Shown here in pieces: positions 12,686 through 25,419 of a stretch of 64,000 nt of DNA (position 1 is the stretch's first letter; each line of letters starts with the position of its first letter). The stretch comes from the human T2T-CHM13v2.0 reference genome, Homo sapiens: the NCBI RefSeq assembly GCF_009914755.1, contig NC_060928.1, one strand, 5' to 3'. Under the pieces are notes generated by a model. The model searched no databases and was not told where the DNA came from. It saw only the letters and a list, made by a program, of their open reading frames with translations. The position numbers and the translations under genes were made by a program.

Positions 12686-12958
12686 TTTTTTTTTTTTTTT
12701 TTTTTTGAGACAGGATCTCACTCTGTTGCCCAGGCTAGAGTGTACGATGCTCATTACAGACTCAACCTCCCGGGCTCAAGTGATCCTCCCACCTCAGCCT
12801 CCCCAGTAGCTGGGACCACAGGTGCAAGCCACCACAACCAACTAATTTTTCTATTTTTTTGTGGAGACAAGGTTTTGCCGTGTTGCCCAGGCTGGTTTCG
12901 AATTCCTCAGCTCAAGTGATCCACCTGCCTTGGCTTCCCAAAGTGCTGGGACTACAGA
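12686..12958 (-). mobile_element. AluJ, slightly 5'-truncated
   Basis: Poly-T followed by antisense Alu; flanks ca(c/t)tgactt. Confidence 0.92.
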
Positions 12959-13099
12959 ACATTGACTTACTGTAAAATGCTGTTAGAAGGAAGTCGATTA
13001 AGGAAAAGCCTCAACAAAATAGAAGAAAGTGAAAGCTTAGCAAGCAGAAACACACGTCTAGTAATTTTATTAAATGTGGGATTTCAGGTGAGGAGTGTG

Positions 13100-13747
13100 T
13101 GTATAGTACACTCTCAGAGACATATCATGGCTGTAAGATCAATGATAGCCATAAGGCCCACTAAGCATCTTGAAGAGCCTATACTACATGTCACTTAGCA
13201 ATGTCATGCAATCTGACTTGGGGGTTTCTAACCCTGGCATGGGAATTTCCAGGAGACAAGGCCACCTCAGCACAGATGTAACTTTTATAAACCTTAAAAC
13301 AATGCTTACCCTTACAAGAATGGTCTAAACTCCCTTTATGAAAGAAACACCTGGTAACTGACTTGCACTGAATACAGGTATAGGGGAGGGAAAAGGATCC
13401 CCCAAACCATGAGAACTGTCGCTGGAGGGAGACTCTCCAGGTCAGTCCATCATCTGACCCCATGATGGTACCTGGCTGTCCCTGGCTCATGCTACCGGCC
13501 AGCTCCTGCTATCCATCTTTTAAGTGTGCTACCAAGAATAAACCACTTGATGCTATGAGCCAAGATCGCGCCATTGCACTGCAGCCTGGGTGATGAGAGT
13601 GAGACTCCATCTCAAAAAAAAAGAATAAACCACCTGAGCATCAGATGTGCTCTAAGACTCATCTTTGGTTCAAATCAAACTGAAAGGAAGAGGTCACCCC
13701 TGGGGAAGTGTGTTTACTAGTATCACTCGGAACCTCCGAACATGACA
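13100..13747 (+). mobile_element. ERVL-class solo LTR (subfamily uncertain)
   Basis: TG...CA termini with perfect 5-bp TSD gtgtg (13095-13099 / 13748-13752); internal AATAAA. Confidence 0.6.
13551..13620 (+). mobile_element. Severely 5'-truncated Alu (last ~70 nt) inside the LTR
   Basis: gagccaagatcgcgccattgcactgcagcctggg...tctcaaaa; 17-bp TSD aagaataaaccac(t/c)tga. Confidence 0.9.
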
Positions 13748-14448
13748 GTGTGAAACAAAGAAACAGAATCAGATGAGGAAACTGAGAACAAGGGAGGTAA
13801 AAAAAAAAAAAAATTAGCTCTTCCTTCATTGCTGATACTTCAAGGGCAACTTTCTGGCTCTCAGCACAGAAACCTTTTTGCTACATCCAGTCCTTCTTTA
13901 GCATAAAGAGAGCACCTTCTCAAACGGGGCACTCAAGCAGGTCAACGAGGGAGTCTCTAAGAACGGAAACATGATGGGCAGTAAGGAGCATGGTAATACA
14001 ATATGTTGATCAGCATGAGTGGTGAAAGTAAATTTAGGGATGGAGCATGGATAGAAGCTTCTTTTCTGGAACTGGGTGAAATATAATTTTGAAAGCCATA
14101 TCAACTAATATCAAGATAAAATCAGAATATTAAATAAATTGAGATGCAAATACTCATGACAGATTCTACATCTTGCAAAAAAAATTCTTCTTATAGAGAA
14201 CAGTGGCTATTTAAATAATTTTCTGTGTTCCTGTGTAAGTAGTTTGATTGTAAGGAAGCATTACAAATATCCCTGGCCTATGTTAAATGCACATTTGGGC
14301 TCAAAATGTATTTGCCATCCCTTTTTGACAATCTTTGCTTTTCATTAATGGGCACAGAGAGATGGCTATTAAGTAGCATGGAAAAAAAACCCCACACTTC
14401 TTCCACTTTAATTTTTATGGAAGGCGTTTGAACCTAATTATGTAGCTA

Positions 14449-14572
14449 ATTCATTAATGAATTCAATATGCATTTGTTGAGTGCCTATTCTGTACCAGAT
14501 ACTGTGCTGGGGAAGGAGTGGTAAATAAGGCAATAATAGTCCCTTGTCATTATAGAGTTTTCAGTCTAGTGG
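14449..14572 (-). mobile_element. L2 3' end fragment
   Basis: attcaatatgcatttgttgagtgcctattctgtaccagatactgtgctgg...tcagtctagtgg. Confidence 0.7.
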
Positions 14573-15130
14573 AATTTAGTATAATAGTACAATGTCTCCT
14601 TATGAGAAGTTTTTATATAATTACTTGTACTGTATATAAAATGAATACATAGTGTTAATGGAAAATACAGGAAAAGATAAAAATATTCAAGGCATATGAA
14701 AATATTACATCTCTTAATACTATCTTTTGGAGATAACGATTGCAAAAGTTTTGACGTATTATTTTCAAATTATTTTTTTTGAGAACATGGAGATCTATAT
14801 ATTGAGACACATATACATTTATCTATCTTTCTATCTGTTCATCATCTAACCACCCATTTCTCAACACACATATGCAGACACACACAGGACACACACAGAC
14901 ACAACCATTTTGTTAAATGCATAAAATTAAAAGAATACAAAGAATATTCTTGGCTAGCTCGAAGGCTTTATGTACCTTCTCTATTATAATTATAGATTCC
15001 TTTTTGAAAAGTAGTGTTCCCTTTCAGGTCCCAAAAGTCCACTAATGTCTAAATCAAAACTTCAATTTCTCATTCAAACCAAAGCTTCTCCCATCCACTC
15101 TACCTATTTTGACCCATTATGGCTCAAAGA

Positions 15131-15994
15131 TGTCTATGAAAGGAGTCAAACTCTAACATGTTTGAAGAGATTTATTCTGAGCCAGATGTGAGGACCATAA
15201 CCCATGACACAGCCCCAGGAGATCCTGAGAACATGTGCCCAAGGTGGTTGGACTACAGCTTGGTTTTAGGGAGACATAAGACATCAATCAATACATGTTA
15301 CATGTCCATTGGTTGGTCCAGAAAAGTGGAACACTTTGAAGGGGAGTGGGGTTAGAGTGGTTCCAGGTCATAGGTGGATTCAAAGATTTTCTGATTGGCA
15401 ATTGGTTGAAGAGTTAAGTTGTTATCTGAAGACTGGGAATCACTAGAAAGGTGTGTCTGGGTTAATATAAGGGACTGTGAGGACCATAGTTTTTATCATG
15501 CAGAGGAAGCTTCCAGGTAGCAGGCTTCAGAGAGAATAGATTGTAAATATTTCTCATCAGACTTAAAAAAAGTGCCAGACTCTTAGTTAATTCTCTCCTG
15601 AATCAGGAAAAAGACCTGCAAAGGGAAGAGGATTCTCTACAGAATGTAGATCTTTTCCCCACAAGAGACAGCTTTGCAGGGTCATTTCAAAATGTGTCAA
15701 AGAAATATATTTTGAGGTAAAATACTTTGATTTCTTTCAGGGCCTGCCGTCTGTCATATTGATATCTTATTACTATAAAGAGTCCGTTTTGTCAGTCTTA
15801 AGGTCTCTATTTGTGTTAATGTGGGTCAGCTGTGCCTGAATTCCAACGGGAAGAAGGTATAATGAGGCATGTCTGACTCCTCCTTCACATCATGGCCTGA
15901 ACTAGCTTTTCAGGTTAACTTTGGAATGCCCTTGGCCTAGAGGAGGTGTCCATTCACTTGGCTGAGGGGTTTAGAATTTTATTTTTGGTTTACA
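15131..15994 (-). mobile_element. Second MER4-group ERV1 solo LTR
   Basis: Homologous along its length to 11032-11953; ends ttttatttttggtttaca; 4-bp TSD aaga/agga. Confidence 0.88.
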
Positions 15995-18501
15995 AGGACC
16001 TGGAATGAGGAAGGGGAGCATGACTTCATCCATCTCCTCTTCTCATCCTGTGCATCTTAGGATTCAAGCAAAGGAAGGGAGATTAGAGGAAAAGAGACAA
16101 AATCTAAGATGTCTAGTATTATTTTAGTTCTGTCTTGACTAATACTGGTTGTTAGCCATATTCTCCATTTTGGAAGGTGTCCAAATATTGATACTGATTG
16201 GGATGGAATTCTGTTTCGTTAGAACCATTCTGCAACTGCATGTGTGTACCCACACACCTTTGCATGCACATATGCAGATAGACACACATTTTTAACTTCT
16301 GTTCTAATTGCTCCCTAATACAGACCTCTCTCTGGCTGACTTCTTAAAATGTCCTTCCTCTCTGCACCAAAAGCAGCTTATCAGAACCCCCAACTGCCTT
16401 GTACTGTCTCTCTTGGGTGGGGACAATCCACAGTACCAAGCAGCCCTCAGGAATCTCAGGCTTTCTTGCCTTGCTAAATAATTGAAGTACAAGCTATGCC
16501 CCATGACTATCCTTTGACCTTACTTTGCTAACTCAAGTGACTCCAAACCATTAACTGCTTTGTTTTCTGATTGGAAATCAGGCTCCAGTCACCTCAGATT
16601 CCAAGAGAAACACATCAAGCTCTGTCATGAACTTTCACTTTATTTCAGTCCTATGGCAACAATGGGGCCTACATTCCACAGGGTTGGGCCTCTGAGGGAT
16701 GCCTGTCTCCCAGTCTTGTGGACATCCTGCCTCTCTATGTGTGTTTCTTTTTGGAGCATTTAAGGAAGGGCTTGAGGGGAGAGAAACTGCTATTGTACTC
16801 CCTTTAAAGTTGACTACTTTTCTCTCTTTAAGGTGCTCTTTAATCAACTTTTGAACTTTAGACTTCACTTAAGTAGGTTAGAGGTGGTGGGAGTTGATAA
16901 CTGCTGGACCAGTTCTGCTCTCTTCTTAGAATCCTTCATGAATAGGTCTAACATCTCTCTTTAGAATACGGGTTATTTATAACCCATTGTTTTCAGTTTT
17001 GGGGTTTCAGCCAAAATTCTAAGACAACAGGAAGAGTTCTATTCAAATTCCTGTTTATATGTATATTTATGTATGTATATATATACACACATACAAAGTT
17101 GATTTCACATTGCTTATGATGTAATTTTTAACCCTTTTATACTCATAATTTTATCATGAGCACTTAATCATATCATTGTATCTTTTTGAAAATGTCATAT
17201 TAAATCCTTACATATTATTTTATTACATAAAAGTGTCATAATTTATTTCCCCTTTTGCTTGTTTAAAATATTCATTTTAAAAATTCGATTGTAATGGTAA
17301 TACACACTCATTATAGATATTTGGGAAAATACAGAAAAGTGCAAAGAAGATAATGACAATAATTTGTAATCCTGTGAAAAATAGCTACTTGAATTTTGGT
17401 ATGTTTCCTTCTGGGTTTTCTCCTCCTCAATAAATATAGAGAAATGGATAGATGTAGATATCGAGATAGTTTAATATATATATGTAAGTATATATATATG
17501 CACATAAAGCACATTTAACCCCATTAATACTTCGTATTATCATATATCAGCATTTAAAAATAAATGAGATTCTTACTGTATATAGTTTTGTGTCCTGCTT
17601 TTACTTTCTGTTATATTTTTATCTTTTTTCTTTTGATCTTTCTTTGATTTTTGTTCATATTTGAGGAAATGTTTTAAGAAACTAACTTTTTATTATTATA
17701 AAATAATATGTATCAATTATAAAAAAGCCTCGGAGATATAGATTGGCAATAAAATATTAACTTTTTGGTATTTATCTAGTCTGAATCTATCAAACAGTGT
17801 TTGGATAGAAATGAGATTACAATAGTATCAACACCCAAATCTTATTAGCTAAAGAACACCAGACTTCTGCAAAGTTCTCTCTCCTATTCCTGCTCACTCT
17901 GATTATTTATAGGCATTCCTCGCATTGGAACATCGATAGATTTCACTTGCACTACTCGCTCATCTATTGGTAACAACTGTCTGGTGCACGCTTGCGATGA
18001 GAGGACCTAATAAGCCACGCTCCTCTAGAGACCCTGGCAGGTGGGGGTAATGTTGGCTGCCATTATCCTTTAGGACCCAGAACCGCTAATTTTATCCAGC
18101 TGGGAGCCTGATACAGTTTGTTTTACCAAGCTCCTTCTCTCTTTAGGGTTCTCTCAGGGATCCATACTCTTTCCCTGAAATCTGGACTTTGCATTATCAC
18201 CCTTTCACCTCCTATAGTCTGAGAGTTATATCTGTACCTGCGTGCAACCCAATTGTAGACACAGTTCACAATATACCCCTTCCCAGAGGTGACTCCACCC
18301 TGTGGTAATTTACCAGAAGTTGTTAAGAGAGGGGTTGGCACAGACAGTACTTTGTCACACACACAAACACCCACACCTACTTATAATTATGGGATAATTT
18401 TTATAATATGTATAATGTTTATACCATGTATTTTTCTGGAAGAGTTTACTATACAAACTCTTGTATCTTTAAGTATTTTTATATGTATACATATGTGTAT
18501 A

Positions 18502-18997
18502 TGGTGGTTTTACAGATATATCCACAGATCCTTCTATACTCCTCCACCTGAGAGGTGAAGCTTAATTATCCTTCCCTTGAATACGGGCTGGACTTAGTGG
18601 CTTGCTTCTAGTAATAGGATGTCATTTCTAATATTAGATAATAAAAGGCTGTCCTTGTATCTTAAGCATGTCGTCTCTCTCTTTCTCTCTCTCTCTCCTC
18701 TCTGGGGAAAGGAAGATTGTAAACAGTCCTAGGCAAAGGTCCATATGGTGAAGAAATGAAGTCTTTTGTAATTTTCCTGGGTGTGGAAGAGGTTCCCTCA
18801 TCTTCAATCACATCTCCAGGGACTGTAGCCCTGACCAACAACTTGACTATAATTTCATAAGAAACCGTGTACCAGAAACACCCAGCCAAGCTATTCCCAG
18901 ATTCTTGACTTAAAGCAACTGGGAGAGAAGAAATATTTGTTGTTTTAAGCTGCTTAGCTTTAGAATAACTTGTTTTACAGTAACAGATAACTAATAT
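18502..18997 (+). mobile_element. MLT1 solo LTR (MLT1F-like)
   Basis: cccttgaatacgggctggacttagtggcttgctt...cacccagccaagctattcccagattcttgac...tgttgttttaagc...agataactaatata. Confidence 0.8.
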
Positions 18998-19272
18998 AGG
19001 ATAAATAAATGATAGATATGTAAGTTATAAAGAAGGTATCAATTACAAATCTGTGTCCTTCTACTCAACTTGTAACAAGCTTTGCCATTCAGTATATTAT
19101 GAACACTTTTTTATTTCATTAAATTTATGCTGTAACATTCTTTTAAAATTAGTACTAGTATTCTATGGTATAAATATAATAAAGTTCACTGGACCCCAAT
19201 ACTATATGTTGGATGCTTGATCAACTTATAATTATTGTTCTTATTAACAGTACTGTGATGAACATTAATAAC

Positions 19273-19855
19273 TGTATAGGCAGTATTTTTAGTTGTAAGC
19301 AACAGAAACATTTTCTAGCTGATTTAAACAGCAAAAGAATTTATTAAAGGTATTCGATAGAAAATTACCTCAAATTAAAAAGTGAAAACCCTGAAAAACA
19401 AGAGAAAATATATTAGAAAATGGAAAAAAAGTACTATATGGCTCTATGGGGTCTAAATAGCTGTGGAAAGCATCAAAATAATGTTGTAGAATCTGTCCAA
19501 AGAGGAAAACAAATCCACCTCCAACCCTTAAATGCTGATCCCACAGCACCAACAGTCAGTGGTCATAGCGGCACCACTGCTGCAATTGCCCCAGGAACTA
19601 TTCTTGTTTAAGAGACCGTGATTGCCAGAGAGGATTCTCTTGGTCCTGTTTCTTTCTGATACTGCCTCCTGAGTTTGGGGTTGGTGAGTATGACTGGTGG
19701 AGCCTTCGTCACAGGCTCATGCCCTGCAAGGGAGAAGGGAAAAGCGAGAACTTGGCAGTTTTCATTTCTATAATGAGAGATAGGTTGTGTCTCTCACTGA
19801 GAAGGCTCTTTGGATACTGAGAAGTGAAGAAGAGTGCCAGATGTCTGCTGCAATC
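19273..19855 (-). mobile_element. Old ERVL/MaLR-type LTR (probable 3' LTR of the adjacent internal sequence)
   Basis: agttgtaagcaacagaaac...aaaagaatttattaaagg is typical of the antisense end of late MLT1/LTR33-type LTRs. Confidence 0.55.
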
Positions 19856-21800
19856 CATGTTGGCATGTGCAACATCAACTCAAACCATTTTTTCAATAAT
19901 TAAAAAAAATTCTTCATGCAAAGTAATTCAACTAACCTGCATGTATCCAAAATGCATTTGCCTCTTCCCTCTAAGGGGAGCAACACAAAATCTTACTCAT
20001 CACTACATCGACAAGCTCATTTTTCTTCTAGTTAATTTGTAATCCGTTTTAATCCTATGGGCCAAATTGAAAAGTTGTTCAGCACCAACATGTCCTACAT
20101 AAAATAGTAAGAAAAAAGGATTGGAAAGAAGAGAGAAGTTAACTATATAAACACAAGAAAGAAAGAAAATGCAAGTTGTAGCAATCCTCTTTTCCGTAAC
20201 TGGTCATAAAGCTGAAGTTGCTAAGTATAACTTTTCTACTCTATTATTCCTTTCATGTATCTATTTTTTCTATTCAGCTGACACCTCAACTCTTCAAGAT
20301 TCTTTACCTGATGGAGTGTCCCAAACATTCATTCTTGACGAATCTTAACCTTTGGTTGTCTTTTCTACACAGATGCTGTGGTCTCCCAGTTAATTTTATC
20401 AATGAACACATTAGTACCCAGAAGCATCTCAGGGCATTCTTTGAGTTCCATCCATATTTCTTACTTTCCTAATTGCGTAGCAGTACTTCTAATTTCTTTT
20501 GACAGTCAGGATCAATCTCAAAAGTCAACACCAATATTCCCTTTATCCCCTATTCACTTAGATGTATAAAGAAGCTGAACTGGCCAGGTGGCATTGTCCA
20601 CTTACAATTCCAGGTTCCATTGTTGTATTAAATATCTCTGATATAAGAATTCCTGCCTTGGCTACCAAGACAACCAAACCCATCGCACCCAGAGTTTCAT
20701 AGATGGAAAGCTGGATTTTTTTAGTGCCTGTATTTTGGGTAGAACCTTCTGTAATCCAGGATTTGCCCCTTTTCAGTCAATTGATTGTAGGTAGCTCTTC
20801 ATGATAACCTTAGGTAAAAATAGAGGAAGGGATGGTAATGAGCCTCCAAACTTAACTTGTGCCTTCAGAACCTAATCAGGTTCAGTTCTGTGTGCTCATT
20901 TCTATTTGAAAAGGGAACCCCTGGGGCACACCTGACTTTATAGACAAGTGGACTATATATCAAACTTATAATGTGGAGTTCCATTGTCCATGATCACATG
21001 TTTTCTTGTAAACAGGCACCTGGGAGAAGCCAGGATCTGTTATTCGAAATAAGCATGACACTTGAGAAAGTGGTAAAGATTTTGCTCACAAAGATTTATG
21101 GTTTCTGCTGTGATAATCCTATTGGAGCTGGCTGTCAACCATTGGAATATCACTGGGTTTTCTGGGCAGAAGGCAAAGTAGTGGAGCTGCTTCTAGTACA
21201 GCCTGATCAGCTGAAGCGCCTTCTCTTCCTCTGGGACCTTACTCAGTACTGGCACCTGTTAGCATATCTCATAAATGCTCAGATGGTATATGCAAAATAG
21301 TTATATTTTCTCTCCTGAAACTAAAATAGTCCAAGTGTTGTGCCCTTCTGTAGTGCGCACAAATTATTCCACCTTGTCATTCCCTTTGCATGAGAGAGAC
21401 CAAGTCCCCCTAAAAATATATTTTAAAGAAGTTAATGTGAGGCTTCTATTTTTTTTGGTTTTATCTCCAATCTTCTGCTAGATATAAATTTTACCCAGGT
21501 ATGTCTTACCTAAGGCTTCTACTATTTTCCATTCTGTACAGCTTATAGTTATATTATTAATAGAATGAACCAGAATAATGTCTGTAGGATGTTGAGAGAA
21601 TCTACCTCTCTAGAGGTAATTCAGCTTACCTGTTATCAAAACTCCTAAGAAGTGAACTTTCCCAAATGTAGGAAATCTCAAGAGAGTGACTCATGTCTGT
21701 TATAATAATGAACAATTCTGCTTAGGTCTGAACTTACAATCAGGGAGAAGTAACAACTCAACGCACTTACTGGTTTGAAGGAAACTGAGCAATACGAGTA
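19856..21800 (-). mobile_element. ERVL-type internal region: decayed dUTPase and RT/connection domains
   Basis: Minus-strand translation of ~20375-20712 gives ETLGAMGLVVLVA...MPPGQFSFF...KGILVLTFEIDPDCQKKLEVLLRN*..KKYGWN, matching ERVL dUTPase (LPPGHFGLL...KGVTVLAGVIDPDYQGEIGLLLHN); ~21020-21280 gives EEEKALQ / APIGLSQQKP, resembling ERVL pol. Confidence 0.75.
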
Positions 21801-24159
21801 CAGGCATATGTCAGGGATATTGCAGGCTCGGCCCCAAACCACCACAATGAAGTGAATATCACAATAAAGCGAGTCATGTAAATTTTTTGGTTTCTCAGTG
21901 CCTGTAAAAGTTATATTTACACCAAACTGTAGTCTATGAAGTATGTGATAGCATTATGTCTAAAAAGTGTACAAACCTTAAATAAAAATACTTTATTGCT
22001 TAAAAATACCAATGATTATCTAGCCTTCAGCAAGTTGTAATCTTTTTGCTGGTGGAGAGTTTTACCTTGAGGTTGATTGATGGCTGCTAGCTGATCAGGG
22101 TGGTAATTACTGATAATGGCGGTGATGGGGGTGGTTGTAGCAATTTCTTAAGATAAGGCAACAGTGAATTTTGATGCACTGATTGACTCTTCCTGTCCAG
22201 AAAGATTTCTCTGTAACATGTGATGCTGTTTGATAACATCTTACTCTCATAAAACTTTTTTTCAAAATTGGAGTCAATCCTCTCAAACCCTGCCACTGCT
22301 GCATCAACTAAGTTTATGTAATACTAAATCTTTTGTCATCATTTCAGCAGTGTTCACAGCATCTTCACCAGGAGTAGATTCTTTCTCAGGAAACTACTTC
22401 CTTTGCTCATCCGAAAAGAAAACTCTCAGCTGTTCAAGTTTTATCATGATATTGCAGCAATCCATTCACTTCTTCAGGACCCACTTCTAATTCTAGCTCT
22501 GTTGCTATTTCCACCCCATCTGCAGTGACTTCCTTCACTAAATTCTTGAACCCCTCAAAGTCATCCACAAGAGTTGGAATCAACTTCTTATAAACTCCCA
22601 TTAATGTTGATATTTTGACTTCTTCCCATGCATCACGAATATTTTTATGGCATCTAGAATGATGAATCTTTTCCAGAGGGTTTTCAATTTACTTTGCCCT
22701 GATCCATCAGAGAATCACTTTCTATGGCAGCTCTAGCCTTACAAAATGTATTTCTTAAACAATAAAACTTGAAAGTCAAAATTACTCCTTGATCCATGGG
22801 ATGCAGAATGAATGTTATGTTAGCAGGCATGAAAATAACATGAATCTGCTTTTATATCTCTGTCAGAGCTCTTGGGTAACTAAAGGCATTGTCAATGAAC
22901 AGTAATATTTTGAAATGAATCTTTTTTTTCCTGAGCAGTAGGTCTCGATAGTGGGTTTAAAATATTCAGTAAACCATGCTTTAAACAGATGTGCTGTCGT
23001 ATAGGCTTTGTTATTCCATTTCTAGAGCACAGTCAGAATAGATTCAGCATCATTCTTAAGGGCCTTAGGATTTTCAGGATGATAAATGAACATTGGCTAT
23101 AACTTCAAGACATCAGCTGCATTAGCCTCTAACAAGAGAGTCAGCCTGTCCTTTGATGCTTTGAAGCTAGGCATTGACTTCTCTTCTCTAGCTAGGAAAA
23201 GTCCTAGATGGCATCTTTTTCCAATACAAGGCCGTTTTGTGTACACAGAAAATCTGTTGTTTAATGTAGCCACCTTCATCAGTTATCGTAGCTAGAGCTT
23301 CTAGATAACTTGCTTCACCTTGCACCCTTATGTTACGGAGACTTCTTTGTTTAAACCTCATGAATTGACCTCTGCTAGCTTCAAACCTTTCTTCTGTAGC
23401 TTCCTCCCTCTCTCAGACTTTATAGAACCTTAAAGAGTTAGGACCTTACTTTGGATTAGGCTTTGGCTTAAGAGAGTGTTGTGGCTGGTTTGATCTTCTA
23501 TACAGACCAAACTTTCTCCATATCAGCAGTAATGGTGTTTCACTTTCTTATCATTCATACATTCACTGGAGTAGCACTTTAACATCCTTCAAGAACTTTT
23601 CCTCTGCATACACATCTTGGCTAACTGGTGCAAGAGGCCTAGCTTTTGCCCTATATCAGCTTTCTATATGCCTTCTTCACTAAGCTTAATCATTTTTAGC
23701 TTTTGTTTTAAACTGAGAGATGTGGGACTTCTTTCACTTCAGCACTTAGAGGCCATTGTAGGGTTATTAAGTGGCCTTATTTCAATATTTTTGTGTCTCA
23801 AGGAATAGGGAGGCCCGAGGAGAGGAAGAGAGATGAGAGAATGGACAGTTGGTGGAGTGGTCAGAACACACACAACATTTATCAATTAAGTTTGCCATCT
23901 TATATGGATGTGAATTACAATAGTAATGTCAAAGATCACTGATCTCAGATCACTATACTAGATATAATAATAATGAAAAAATTGAAAATATTATGAGAAT
24001 TACCAAAATGTAACACAAACACAAAGTAAGGACATGCTGTTGGAAAAATGGTGCCAAAAGACTTGCTTGACAAAGGGTTGCGATAAACCTTCAATTTGTA
24101 AAAAATACAATATCTGCAAAGTACAATAAAGCAAAGTGCAATAAAATGAGGTATGCCTG
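21801..24159 (-). mobile_element. Near full-length Tigger1 DNA transposon (decayed transposase)
   Basis: TIRs caggcata.../...gaggtatgcctg with TA on both sides; ORF 23097-23279 contains [26 protein letters not shown]. Confidence 0.95.
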
Positions 24160-24720
24160 TATATTTGACAAGCAGGTTCATAAAAAAGAGGTCCGCTAAT
24201 TAAGTGCACCAGTCAAATACAAAACCCAGCATACTTTTCCTCACCTTGAACCTACAGATAAGGCACCCTTCAAAGCTTATAGTATTGTTTTGTTATTGAA
24301 AACTGCAAATGTTCTCTTTGCACACAGATTCAAACTTTTTGAATAATACTAGGCTTCCATAGTCATTTGTCTTGGGGAAGATGTGGATACATGGATTTAA
24401 ACCAGGATGGGCAAGAGACACCCACTACATTGAACCCATCATGTTTTTGATTCTTCATTAACGATGGAAAGGGGGCACAGTTCCAACATAGTTAATTTCT
24501 TCTTTGGGCAAAGGTGGGAAAAGGGTACCAGATTGGTCAGTTTGTCCATCCTTTTAAAAAACTCACTCTTTTTTTTTTTAAATTAAGTAAATCCACTATC
24601 CTTTTTAAAAATTTGCCAACACAGTCATTTGGTGTTTCATTGTCTTTCTTCATGCGGATTTCTCTGGCTGAAGGCATTCTGAGGGTAATTACACAGCAGG
24701 ATTTTGAACACAACATGATT
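24160..24720 (-). mobile_element. Probable continuation of the ERVL internal region (protease / RT N-terminus)
   Basis: Weak minus-strand remnants (KQY, K.AG, HP) in the order expected upstream of RT; highly decayed. Confidence 0.4.
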
Positions 24721-24728
24721 TGAATGTA

Positions 24729-25337
<609 letters not shown>

Positions 25338-25419
25338 TTGATAAACAGTAAATATCGCTACAGGGCACTGGTATTTCAAGTTCTAAAGAGTATCTAATGG
25401 GTGAGTGTTAGATCGCTTT

